DNA of 55,813 nucleotides, from positions 1 through 55,813 of IMG/VR virus record IMGVR_UViG_3300042691_025398. The stretch is one strand, 5' to 3'. Origin of the DNA: a virus. Taxonomy: Duplodnaviria; Heunggongvirae; Uroviricota; Caudoviricetes. Numbering within the stretch: position 1 is the first letter of the stretch; each line of letters begins with the position of its first letter. The notes beneath the pieces are model-generated. The model did no database searches and was not told the DNA's origin. It saw only the letters and a program-made list of their open reading frames with translations. Shown here piece by piece: positions 10,019 through 17,863 of the stretch. A program made the position numbers and the translations under genes.

Positions 10019-11388
10019 TAGAATCTCCCCACTGCTATGGTGATATCTTGAATTGAATTGTCGTTAATTGTCATCATGCTTTTGCCTAGTACACAACCTG
10101 GTCTATAAAGACTGTCATTTACTCTTTCAGCTACACCTGGCTCATCACTAGTTGTGAGTAATGTGCCTTTACTTACTGGGCCGCGTACACGGCAGGTGAC
10201 TTTACCAGTTAGAGCAACTGCCACACCGTCTACTCCTGAATTCATCAAATAACTGGGTTTTTCGCTAACCACACCTGCCACTGAGGTGTCGTGTGTGCGT
10301 TTACTGATTGTGATCTCATGATCACCACCAAAGATCACCACTGTGCCAGGCGCATACTTTTCATCTGATGTGTAGTTTTCTGCAAGGTCAGCATACAGTG
10401 CCGATGTTGAAGTTGCAAACACTCGATTGAAATACGTGCTTGATGATCCAATGTTTCCAACGCCATTGGAATTTAGATTTAAAATATTCCCAACCAACAG
10501 TCCTTGACTGGTGATTTGCGCGATGGTAGCACTGTTTACATTGGCAATGATACAACCACTGGCAAATGGAATACTCACTTGCGATAAACCATTGATAATA
10601 GTACTGGGATTGGTACTGATGCCGGTCAAAAGTGAACCATTACCAACAAAATAGGTAGCAGCCACGTTGGCTGCTGCATTTAAATTGGTCACTGTAACAG
10701 TGTTAGCAGTGAAAGAACCATTTACATCTCGTTGCACCACAGTGTTTGCTAGAGTGCTTGCGGATGCTGGTGGAGTTGCCACACCACTCATGTCCACCCA
10801 CTGATCGCTGTCTCCATCATCTACATATTGATAAAGAATACCGTTAACTGTGTTGAACCAAAAGTCGCCTGATGTGGGAGACAAAGGCGCTGTGGATTGT
10901 GCATCCCATTTCACAGTACCGCCACTTACAAAAGGCACACCATTGGCAAAATAATAGTTGTCAGTGAGAATATTGCCTGGTGATATGTTGCCTGGTAGTA
11001 TAGCACCGCTTGTGGTCAACAGCATGACATTGGCCACGCCACCTACATTGATCTCCACATTACCTGAAAGATTAGGGATGTCTACCCTTGACGTACCGTT
11101 TTGAATTCTGTTTGCAGCAGCATTACCTGCTGGAATATTGGTTAGACCTGATCCGTCTCCAATAAACACACCAGTGGTAATAAAGTTACCCACACTAGTA
11201 ATGGTGTTACTGGTTATGTTATTGGCACTGATGTTCGCAGTTGGAAAACTAACTGTACCAGAAGCAGTGAGTCCGTTGGTGCTGATATTTCCTGTGACGT
11301 TAACTGTGTTGGTTGTGATATTGACGTTGTCCGACGCCTGTACGGAGACAATATTATAGTTACCGTTGACACGTTTGTAAGTTGCCAT
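10018..11388 (-). CDS. Fibre/spike protein with C-terminal intramolecular-chaperone (peptidase G2-like autocleavage) domain
   Basis: C-terminal YADLAENY...PGTVV...VAGVVS...YLMN...VALTGKV...KGTLL motif. Confidence 0.75.
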   Translation of the reverse strand: MATYKRVNGNYNIVSVQASDNVNITTNTVNVTGNISTNGLTASGTVSFPTANISANNITSNTITSVGNFITTGVFIGDGSGLTNIPAGNAAANRIQNGTSRVDIPNLSGNVEINVGGVANVMLLTTSGAILPGNISPGNILTDNYYFANGVPFVSGGTVKWDAQSTAPLSPTSGDFWFNTVNGILYQYVDDGDSDQWVDMSGVATPPASASTLANTVVQRDVNGSFTANTVTVTNLNAAANVAATYFVGNGSLLTGISTNPSTIINGLSQVSIPFASGCIIANVNSATIAQITSQGLLVGNILNLNSNGVGNIGSSSTYFNRVFATSTSALYADLAENYTSDEKYAPGTVVIFGGDHEITISKRTHDTSVAGVVSEKPSYLMNSGVDGVAVALTGKVTCRVRGPVSKGTLLTTSDEPGVAERVNDSLYRPGCVLGKSMMTINDNSIQDITIAVGRF

Positions 11389-11976
11389 CTACGCTTCCTT
11401 TTGCTTATTTATGCGGGCTAGAAACGCGGACATCTCCAGATGTTCTAGATTGGGCAGAATGTCCAGCTCCGAGTGTTTCATAGTGGTTTCTCCGTACACT
11501 CGAATCCACTTTACATCTGGAAAATCCTTGATTGCAGTGCTCAGCTGTTTGATCCAGTTGCCAGTGAACGTGGGCGGGGTTCCCCGAGCTTTGTAAAATT
11601 CTGTGCCAGCGTACACATTGTTAAACTGCCCTGAATTGTCTGGACCCAGATCATAACCCAATAAAAACACACGGGTGTGCCCATCCAGTGCAGCCAGAGC
11701 CGCAGCCACTGGACCAGAACTGTTACCATAGTATTTTTTTGGTATCTGTCGGGCGCCAGAATTTGGATGGCATCTTCTGGTGTAAAACACACGGCGCTGA
11801 CTGTATCCTGAATCCTGAATTCTCCCGCTTATGGGAGCATCTGTGGCCACAAGCACATCTGGCTCAAAATCTTTATATAGAGAATTACATCCATAGATTT
11901 TACCATAGTGATGTAACCAGGCAAGATCAAGTGCTTGCCTGCTGATACCATTGGCCAAACAAAAAGCTGTAGTCAT
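11389..11976 (-). CDS. Rossmann-like nucleotide-sugar enzyme (GT29/DUF115-like), 195 aa; ends in TAG
   Basis: AFCLANGISR, IYGCNSLYKDFEPDVLVATD, NSSGPVAAALA and VFLLGYDL motifs. Confidence 0.6.
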   Translation of the reverse strand: MTTAFCLANGISRQALDLAWLHHYGKIYGCNSLYKDFEPDVLVATDAPISGRIQDSGYSQRRVFYTRRCHPNSGARQIPKKYYGNSSGPVAAALAALDGHTRVFLLGYDLGPDNSGQFNNVYAGTEFYKARGTPPTFTGNWIKQLSTAIKDFPDVKWIRVYGETTMKHSELDILPNLEHLEMSAFLARINKQKEA

Positions 11977-12010
11977 AAAAAATCCTCCCAGTATGTAGTT
12001 CTGGGAGGAT
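11977..12010 (-). terminator. Perfect 10-bp hairpin plus U-tract whose 3' arm contains the SD of the downstream gene
   Basis: ATCCTCCCAG (11982-11991) pairs with CTGGGAGGAT (12001-12010). The minus-strand RNA reads ...CUGGGAGGAU UUUUU AUG(11976). Confidence 0.7.
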
Positions 12011-12029
12011 CAAGTACAGATTAAAACTT

Positions 12030-12776
12030 TTAGCTAGTCCACTTTTCCAGTTGTGCAATGGTTGTTGTGGTCTGCGCTGTACCACTCTTGATCACAGTGC
12101 CTTCGTCAGTGAAGAAGTTGGTTACGTATCGGTTATCAGCAACCACGCTGGCATAAGAATAATCGTTACCACCTGCCCAGTCCTGAATCCACTTGTTGGT
12201 GAGTTTGCTTGCGTAAATCAGTGAGCTGTCGCCAACTGCAAAACCCACTGCCATGTAACCAGCAGCTGGAGTTGCATCATTATCCAGCACACAGACACCA
12301 ACTTCTTGGCAGGTACCCGAAGTGCCTGCACCGGCTGCCGTAGTGACTTGGAAAATTGTACCAACTGCTGCGCCTACTGGTGCACCCATTGCTACCCAAT
12401 TGGTATCGCCCACGGCGACAATACGCACGCTAACACCAACCACTGCGTTTGCAGGGTCAATGGCAGTGTTGGTTGCTACCAAGAACTTGTGTGAGCCTTT
12501 TTGACGCAAAATTACACCGTCGTCAGATCCGGTAAAACTGTTTGTAATGTTTACAATACACTTGACCACTGGGTTAGTAGCAGAAGTTGCTGTAGACCGC
12601 ACACCACCTACGACGCCTAGATAATCATTGGCGCTGAGTGTTTCTGGATTGGTGTTGTAAACTGGATCAGTTAGCGATCCAAAATTTGGAAAACCAACAT
12701 CAATGCCTACTGCTGCACCTGGCGATCCAATACCTGAATTAGTTGAATATTTTTGAATTTTGAGAGGACGTCCCAT
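12030..12776 (-). CDS. Putative virion structural protein (248 aa)
   Basis: ORF track; strong AAGGAG SD; late promoter upstream; follows the head module. Confidence 0.75.
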   Translation of the reverse strand: MGRPLKIQKYSTNSGIGSPGAAVGIDVGFPNFGSLTDPVYNTNPETLSANDYLGVVGGVRSTATSATNPVVKCIVNITNSFTGSDDGVILRQKGSHKFLVATNTAIDPANAVVGVSVRIVAVGDTNWVAMGAPVGAAVGTIFQVTTAAGAGTSGTCQEVGVCVLDNDATPAAGYMAVGFAVGDSSLIYASKLTNKWIQDWAGGNDYSYASVVADNRYVTNFFTDEGTVIKSGTAQTTTTIAQLEKWTS

Positions 12777-12861
12777 TTGTTTTCTCCTTAAAGAAGTCCG
12801 ATGTGGGTTCTAGCCACTACGCGGCGGGTTAGACCGCATAAAACGCACTGTGCGTTACGAG

Positions 12862-12868
12862 TATTTAT
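12862..12868 (-). promoter_or_regulatory. Late promoter (ATAAATA)
   Basis: Minus-strand ATAAATA about 85 nt upstream of ATG 12776, followed by a structured leader. Confidence 0.65.
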
Positions 12869-12884
12869 TGGTTATTCAAATTAC

Positions 12885-12913
12885 TTGACCTACGCATATA
12901 ATTCTGGCATAAT
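12885..12913 (+). promoter_or_regulatory. Sigma70-type promoter for the tRNA cassette
   Basis: TTGACC (12885-12890), 17-nt spacer, CATAAT (12908-12913); tRNA begins at 12922. Confidence 0.7.
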
Positions 12914-12921
12914 TACTGTAT

Positions 12922-12997
12922 GCGCTGGTAGCTAAGTGGAACAGCAGGAGCCTCTAAAACTCCAGATACGTGGGTTCGATCCCCACCTAGCGCACCA
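12922..12997 (+). tRNA. Amber-suppressor tRNA, anticodon CUA, encoded CCA
   Basis: Acceptor GCGCTGG/CTAGCGC, D arm GCT/AGC with GG, anticodon arm GGAGC-CTCTAAA-ACTCC (C31.A39 mismatch), T arm GTGGG-TTCGATC-CCCAC, A73, CCA. Anticodon at 12954-12956. Confidence 0.92.
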
Positions 12998-13119
12998 TAA
13001 TAACAAAGCCGGACCCGTAACCATATTCCGGCTCCGCTGACGCGAAAACGGGATGGGCTGCGCTCACGGGGTTTGACGGTTTCCTGACACATGAATAACC
13101 GTCATTTAAGGAAACTGTT

Positions 13120-13293
13120 ATGCGGTACCTAATGGTTCTTTTTTTAATAGTAGGATGTTCTAGCAAATATGATGACTGCGTAGAACAACAAAAAGAGTCG
13201 TATAGACAACGAAATCCTGGTGCTTCATATGGGTTAATAAACTCCAAGTACAGAGATTTTGAAGCAGCATGTTCTAATTTCAAAGGAAAATAA
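13120..13293 (+). CDS. Small lipoprotein (57 aa), missed by the ORF track
   Basis: MRYLMVLFLIVG-CSSKYDDCVEQQKESYRQRNPGASYGLINSKYRDFEAACSNFKGK; hydrophobic signal with IVGC lipobox; AAGGA SD at 13108-13112. Confidence 0.75.
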   Translation: MRYLMVLFLIVGCSSKYDDCVEQQKESYRQRNPGASYGLINSKYRDFEAACSNFKGK

Positions 13294-13294
13294 A

Positions 13295-13864
13295 ATGTTA
13301 TAGATTGAATACGCATGTAAGGATCTAGTGTTTCACTTTAACAAGAAACATCTAGAAGACGAATCAATTCCAATGTGGGTCGTAAAAACACACGGTGAAA
13401 CTTTTTACGTAGACCACGTCACTGCATCTCTTCCTTGGAGTACAAAGGAGACTCCGGGCAACTCCCATACCAAAGGCAGTATCAAGTTCAAAGAATGCCT
13501 GCTGACCATTAACTCTGACAATGAAGCTACTATTGCATCATTATCAACGGTTGACAAGATCAGATTACGTAATCAAAAGCTAGGTATCACTCGAGTTATC
13601 TTTAACTATGGTGGCAAGTTTCACGAAGCATTAAAGCAAAACGAATACAAGCACAGTCCATTCAAAAATGTTTCTGGTGGATGTGGTACTAGTTTTGTTG
13701 TGTGTGACCTTTTGAAAAAGGAAGAAGCCAGTTTTGCTGCTTTGAAATATCCAAACGGTTTTAGAATCATGTCAGCAAATGAAGCCTACTATAAAGCTTA
13801 TGATGCGCCGGGAACTTACATTGACGAAGATGATTATCCAGATATTGACGATGATGATGAATAA
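13295..13864 (+). CDS. Hypothetical protein, probably starting at ATG 13295 with an in-frame TAG at codon 3 (alternative start GTG 13328)
   Basis: ATG TTA TAG ATT GAA TAC GCA TGT AAG GAT CTA GTG TTT is in frame with the 178-aa ORF. AAGGA SD lies 7 nt before ATG 13295; the SD for GTG 13328 is only 4 nt away. Acidic C-terminal tail. Confidence 0.7.
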
Positions 13865-13869
13865 TCAAC

Positions 13870-13893
13870 AAAAAAGGGCCTTGCGGCCCTTTA
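13870..13893 (-). terminator. Rho-independent terminator after the capsid gene, possibly bidirectional
   Basis: Minus strand AAAGGGCC-GCAA-GGCCCTTTTTTT; lies between convergent genes. Confidence 0.85.
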
Positions 13894-13917
13894 ATGTTTC
13901 CCATCCCGAGGGATTGA

Positions 13918-15129
13918 TTAGGAGAACGACAGGTTCGAAACAGCGATCTCACCCAGATAGTCAGCTGCGTTACCGAAGCTGCTTGCTGTGTTAGTAAGCT
14001 CGATGTAGCCATAACGTGTCATGAACGACACGACTGGTTCAAAGGTTGTCGGATCCAGCACAACACCAGAACTCATTAGAGGAATATATGGGCAGTAGAA
14101 CGCGGCTGCATCAGCCTCGCTTGAACCCTTATAACCAACTAGAACTGCTTGGCTATCGCTAGCATAGCTGTCCACGAACACACGCATTGCGCCGTTCAGA
14201 GTACCAACAAACTTGGTGTTGGTAGGTGCTTCAAATGTGCCTTCAGTTGTACGTGCAAATGCTGAAGTTGTTGCTGATTGCAGCACAGTCAACGATGCAG
14301 GTGATACAACAGCCCAGTTACCAGCGCCACGACGTGTACGCTGAGCGATCAAGTTAGCTGTACGGTTGATCAGCACAGCAAGAGCTGCGTGTTCATCACC
14401 AACGAATGTAGCTGTACCTGATACAGTTGCCTGGTTGTAAGTGAACTCAGTTGCAGCCAAAGTGCGCAGGCTCAACAGAATTTCTTGATCAATTTCAGCA
14501 GTGATTTCTTGAGCCAGTGCGGCCATGATTTCTGCTTCAACGTCAATACCATGCATTGCTTGTGCATCTTGTGCAGCTTCAAAAGTCCAGCGAGCTTGTA
14601 GCTTACGAGTCTTTGCTTCAACTGCTTGCTTCAAGATCTGAACGCTGATGTTACGACCACCAGAACCTTCAAGAACCGAAGTGTCAGCACCAGTGTAACG
14701 TGTCTGGCTAGCAGCAGGTACACCAGCACTTACTGTGCTTGCCGAAGAGTATGCAGTTGCAATCTTGAACGGGCTCAGTGCTTCTTCACCAGCGATGGTA
14801 GAAGTGTTAGCAGCTGAAGTGTCGTTCATGGTGCTTGCATAACGCACACGCAGAGTGTGGATTTGACCAACTGGACCGGTCATTGGCTGAACACCAACCA
14901 GTTCGTTAGCAATAACTGTTGGCATCACACGACGGATAACCGGCAGAATGACACGATTCAGTGTTGCAACGTTACCAGCAGCAGTGCTACCACCAGTTGC
15001 ATTTTCTTTCAGATACTTACGGGTATTTTCTAAGATAACACCCATTGTGCTGCGACGTGAACCTTTAAGGCCTTCCATTAGGGCTTCTTTGGTTTCGTCC
15101 CAGCGGTTTTCGAGTAATTGCTCTGACAT
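13918..15129 (-). CDS. gp23: Major capsid protein, T4 gp23 family (403 aa from MSEQLL)
   Basis: LIRRVMPTVIANELVGVQPMTGPVGQIHTLRVRY-like, TRKLQARWTFEAAQD, YCPYIPL and FMTRYG motifs; AAGGAG SD before ATG 15129. Confidence 0.96.
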   Translation of the reverse strand: MSEQLLENRWDETKEALMEGLKGSRRSTMGVILENTRKYLKENATGGSTAAGNVATLNRVILPVIRRVMPTVIANELVGVQPMTGPVGQIHTLRVRYASTMNDTSAANTSTIAGEEALSPFKIATAYSSASTVSAGVPAASQTRYTGADTSVLEGSGGRNISVQILKQAVEAKTRKLQARWTFEAAQDAQAMHGIDVEAEIMAALAQEITAEIDQEILLSLRTLAATEFTYNQATVSGTATFVGDEHAALAVLINRTANLIAQRTRRGAGNWAVVSPASLTVLQSATTSAFARTTEGTFEAPTNTKFVGTLNGAMRVFVDSYASDSQAVLVGYKGSSEADAAAFYCPYIPLMSSGVVLDPTTFEPVVSFMTRYGYIELTNTASSFGNAADYLGEIAVSNLSFS

Positions 15130-15145
15130 TATAGTCTCCTTTTGC

Positions 15146-16234
15146 TTATAATCCTGCCAATCTCTTGATGTCAATCACATTGCTGCGATCTTCATCTTGT
15201 TGAGGCAAGGTAGTTTTATCCCCAGTCACTTCGCTAATCGATTCTGTAATCACTTTAGAGGCTTTTACAGAACGGTTCTCGAGCACCGCTGGTAGATATT
15301 TTTCAAAAGCGTTTTTCAGACGAGTCGTCTGTACGCTTTCAAGAAGATTGCGCATGACATCCTGCTTCTCTTTGTTGAGAGGAGCTAACAAGTCGGCCAT
15401 AACGCTGGCACGTTCATTGTTTTCACGAATCATACGAATCTCTCGTTCTTTGCTTTCCACAACCACACGAGCATGCTCGGCTACTTGTATAGCCTTGGCT
15501 AACTTGGCATTTTTATCTGCAACCAATGCAGTGAGCTTGCGCACTTCTACATTTTCATTGAGATGAGTCGCACTGAATTCTGTAGCGTATGCTTCAAAAA
15601 TGCGACGGCCAAAGTTGTTTTCTCGTGCAACTTGGATATCTTCACGTAGCTGGTTTAATTCAGCCTTGAGATGCTTGGCAACTGCTTGACCCATTTTTTG
15701 CGCACTTTCTTTAACAAAGCGAGCTTTTAATGTTTCCAGCTTTTCACGGGCATCACGCACCAAACGCACTTGGGTTTCTACAACCTTTTGTTTGTCTTGT
15801 GCAAATTCCATGATCTCTTCTGCAAGAGCTCTTACCACAAAGGTTTCTAATTTTTCTAGTCCTTGGTTGTGAGCCTTGCGGTCACGGCGCACTTCTGCGA
15901 TTTCTTCGGCTAATTTCTTCACCATAAAGTCGTTGAACTTAGTGGCGCTTTCTGTCATTTTAGCCTGGAACTTCACACGATCTTCAGCTAGTTGGCGCTT
16001 TTCACCTGCCACTGCTTCAATCTCTGCGCTTAGACCTTCGGTTACCATGCGATCTATGGCCTCTACCATCACGTTTTTATCGTGTTGATAACGTTGTGCA
16101 AACTCTTCGCGGAGTTCTGCACGTACCTGTTCACGAGCTTCATTCAGCTTGTTTTCCCAAGCTTCATTGATCTCGCGACTAACGTCTTCGTTAATCAGGC
16201 CGCTATCTAGTAATGGTTTGATGGCATCTAACAT
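15146..16234 (-). CDS. gp22: Prohead core scaffold protein (gp22-like)
   Basis: Coiled-coil, E/K-rich protein between the protease and capsid genes; starts MLDAIKPLLDSGLINED. Confidence 0.85.
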   Translation of the reverse strand: MLDAIKPLLDSGLINEDVSREINEAWENKLNEAREQVRAELREEFAQRYQHDKNVMVEAIDRMVTEGLSAEIEAVAGEKRQLAEDRVKFQAKMTESATKFNDFMVKKLAEEIAEVRRDRKAHNQGLEKLETFVVRALAEEIMEFAQDKQKVVETQVRLVRDAREKLETLKARFVKESAQKMGQAVAKHLKAELNQLREDIQVARENNFGRRIFEAYATEFSATHLNENVEVRKLTALVADKNAKLAKAIQVAEHARVVVESKEREIRMIRENNERASVMADLLAPLNKEKQDVMRNLLESVQTTRLKNAFEKYLPAVLENRSVKASKVITESISEVTGDKTTLPQQDEDRSNVIDIKRLAGL

Positions 16235-16247
16235 TAGTAGATTCTCC

Positions 16248-16886
16248 TTAGATCTTGAGATCCTTGATCAGGCGTGTTACTTCCTGTTTCAAGTATCTCT
16301 GTACTTTGTTGTCCTTGCCAACTTCTTTTGCTATCTCAAGAACCCTATGACCATATTTCATGTTCATTAGTCCTTCATACACTGCTGTAGGATAGGCATT
16401 TGGTGCGCTGGGTTGGGCAACCACATCAACAGTGACTATTTCAAAGTCACTGACATGTCCGGTTCTATCGTCAACATTACCGCTACCGCGGCTGCTGACG
16501 CCTAATTTCACGCCAGAGTCCAGCATGGTTTTCACCAGCTGACCCATTGGCGTGGGTAATACTTTTAACTTTCCGTAACCATCACTGCCGTTCATCCACA
16601 TTTTTTCAATCATGTGACTCACACGATCAAGATTGATCTTCAAATCATCTGGATGATCAACTTCGCCAAGCACACTCATGCCATTCACAATCTGTTCATT
16701 GATGGTGTTAACTGCACGATTGATTTCACGAGTTGGATACACACGTTCATTAGCATTACGCTTGTCGCCTTGAATGCAGATGCCTTCTAGGTACAGGGTT
16801 TTACCAGTCCCGTCCGGAGCGTCCTCTTGCAAGAGCTGCACACGGGCCTGCGTAAATGTTAATGTTTCTTGTAAGCAGCGATTCAC
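16248..16886 (-). CDS. gp21: Prohead core protease (gp21)
   Basis: NANERVYP, LGEVDHP, GKLKVLPTPMG, GVSSRGSG and VDVVAQPSAPNAY motifs. Confidence 0.95.
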   Translation of the reverse strand: MNRCLQETLTFTQARVQLLQEDAPDGTGKTLYLEGICIQGDKRNANERVYPTREINRAVNTINEQIVNGMSVLGEVDHPDDLKINLDRVSHMIEKMWMNGSDGYGKLKVLPTPMGQLVKTMLDSGVKLGVSSRGSGNVDDRTGHVSDFEIVTVDVVAQPSAPNAYPTAVYEGLMNMKYGHRVLEIAKEVGKDNKVQRYLKQEVTRLIKDLKI

Positions 16887-16895
16887 AGCCGATCC

Positions 16896-17738
16896 TTATA
16901 GTGGGCTCTTGGTGTTAACACCAGTTGCCTGTGCTAGATGTGGCTTTGGTGCAGGCTTTTGAGCAACTTTGGCTTTTGCAGGAGCGTTTTGAACGTCACT
17001 GATTAGATCCTTAACGCTGTTGCTGTATGCACCGGCTGCATCATGCTTGCCGCCCATGCTGGTACCTGTGTGCACTGGCTTGCCTTCCATACCACGTGCG
17101 CCGCTGTTGGCTGCAACAGTGGATTTCTTGTTAATACCGCCTTCTTCAGAAGTCACTGGCTTTGGAGCTGCTTTCAAATTGATAGCTTCTCCCATAGGCA
17201 TTGGCTCTTCTGAATCCATGTCCATGTCCATGTCCATTTCTTCGCCGTCGTCACCTAGATCAATGTCTAGTTCTTCTTCGCCGCCCATGTCGTCCATGTC
17301 ATCGCCGCCCATGTCGTCGCCCATCAGCTGTTCAAATTCAGCCATGAGCTCATCAAGTTTGTCTTCGATATTCATGAGCTTGCCTTCAATGTCGCCGCCT
17401 TCATCTTCTTCGGCTTCCATTGAAATGCCTTCTTCTTCAACGCTCACGTCGTCAATTAGATCATCGGCACTGTCGCCGCCCATTTCAATCATTGATTCTT
17501 CAACAGCTTCATCATCTTCTTCTGCTGCTTCTTCAATGCTTTCTTCTGTTTCTTCAACAGCTTCTTCCATGCTTTCTTCGTCTTCGTGGCGTGACTCTTC
17601 CACGTTTTCTTCAGCGTCCATCATTTCTTCATAGATCTGACGACTCTTTTCAACCACGATGTCGTGAAATAAAGCACGGGCCTTATCTTCTTCATCATTG
17701 ATTACATACTCAATTAATTGTTCGAACTTTTTGTTCAT
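16896..17738 (-). CDS. Highly acidic prohead core / internal protein (gp67/68-like position), 280 aa
   Basis: GAGGAG SD before ATG 17738 (MNKKFEQLIEY...); D/E/M-rich low-complexity sequence; sits between portal and protease. Confidence 0.7.
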   Translation of the reverse strand: MNKKFEQLIEYVINDEEDKARALFHDIVVEKSRQIYEEMMDAEENVEESRHEDEESMEEAVEETEESIEEAAEEDDEAVEESMIEMGGDSADDLIDDVSVEEEGISMEAEEDEGGDIEGKLMNIEDKLDELMAEFEQLMGDDMGGDDMDDMGGEEELDIDLGDDGEEMDMDMDMDSEEPMPMGEAINLKAAPKPVTSEEGGINKKSTVAANSGARGMEGKPVHTGTSMGGKHDAAGAYSNSVKDLISDVQNAPAKAKVAQKPAPKPHLAQATGVNTKSPL

Positions 17739-17863
17739 GTCAAGCTCCTCATGGGTAGAAATTTCATTTGTCCCCATCAAGGGCAAATGTATTACTATAT
17801 TTAATAGTTTGGTGTAAATGATGCTTAATATAGGCTGATTTTGTAAAAAATCTTACAAAACAG

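Noticed and set aside
12922-12997. Pyrrolysine tRNA, or tRNA-Arg(UCU) read in a shifted register
   Set aside because: It has a canonical D arm, TTCG T loop and normal size unlike tRNA-Pyl, and no pyl genes are present. A UCU reading would need C33 and would break the anticodon stem.
12998-13070. HDV-like theta ribozyme downstream of the suppressor tRNA
   Set aside because: The GCCGGA/TCCGGC stem encloses only 13 nt, too few for P2-P3-L3-P3, and no clear P1.1 or J4/2 register was found. Kept only as a generic structured element.
12987-13316. 109-aa minus-strand ORF
   Set aside because: Antisense to the lipoprotein and overlapping the tRNA; the plus-strand cassette explains the region better.
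15130-15174. Upstream extended starts in the ORF track (capsid 15174, core 17786, gp26 22381, transferase 23902)
   Set aside because: SD position, gene overlap or promoter location favour the downstream ATGs at 15129, 17738, 22408 and 23956.
17020-17634. 204-aa Ser-rich plus-strand ORF, and the many 60-160-aa ORFs opposite fibre and baseplate genes
   Set aside because: Antisense shadows of low-complexity or codon-biased real genes.
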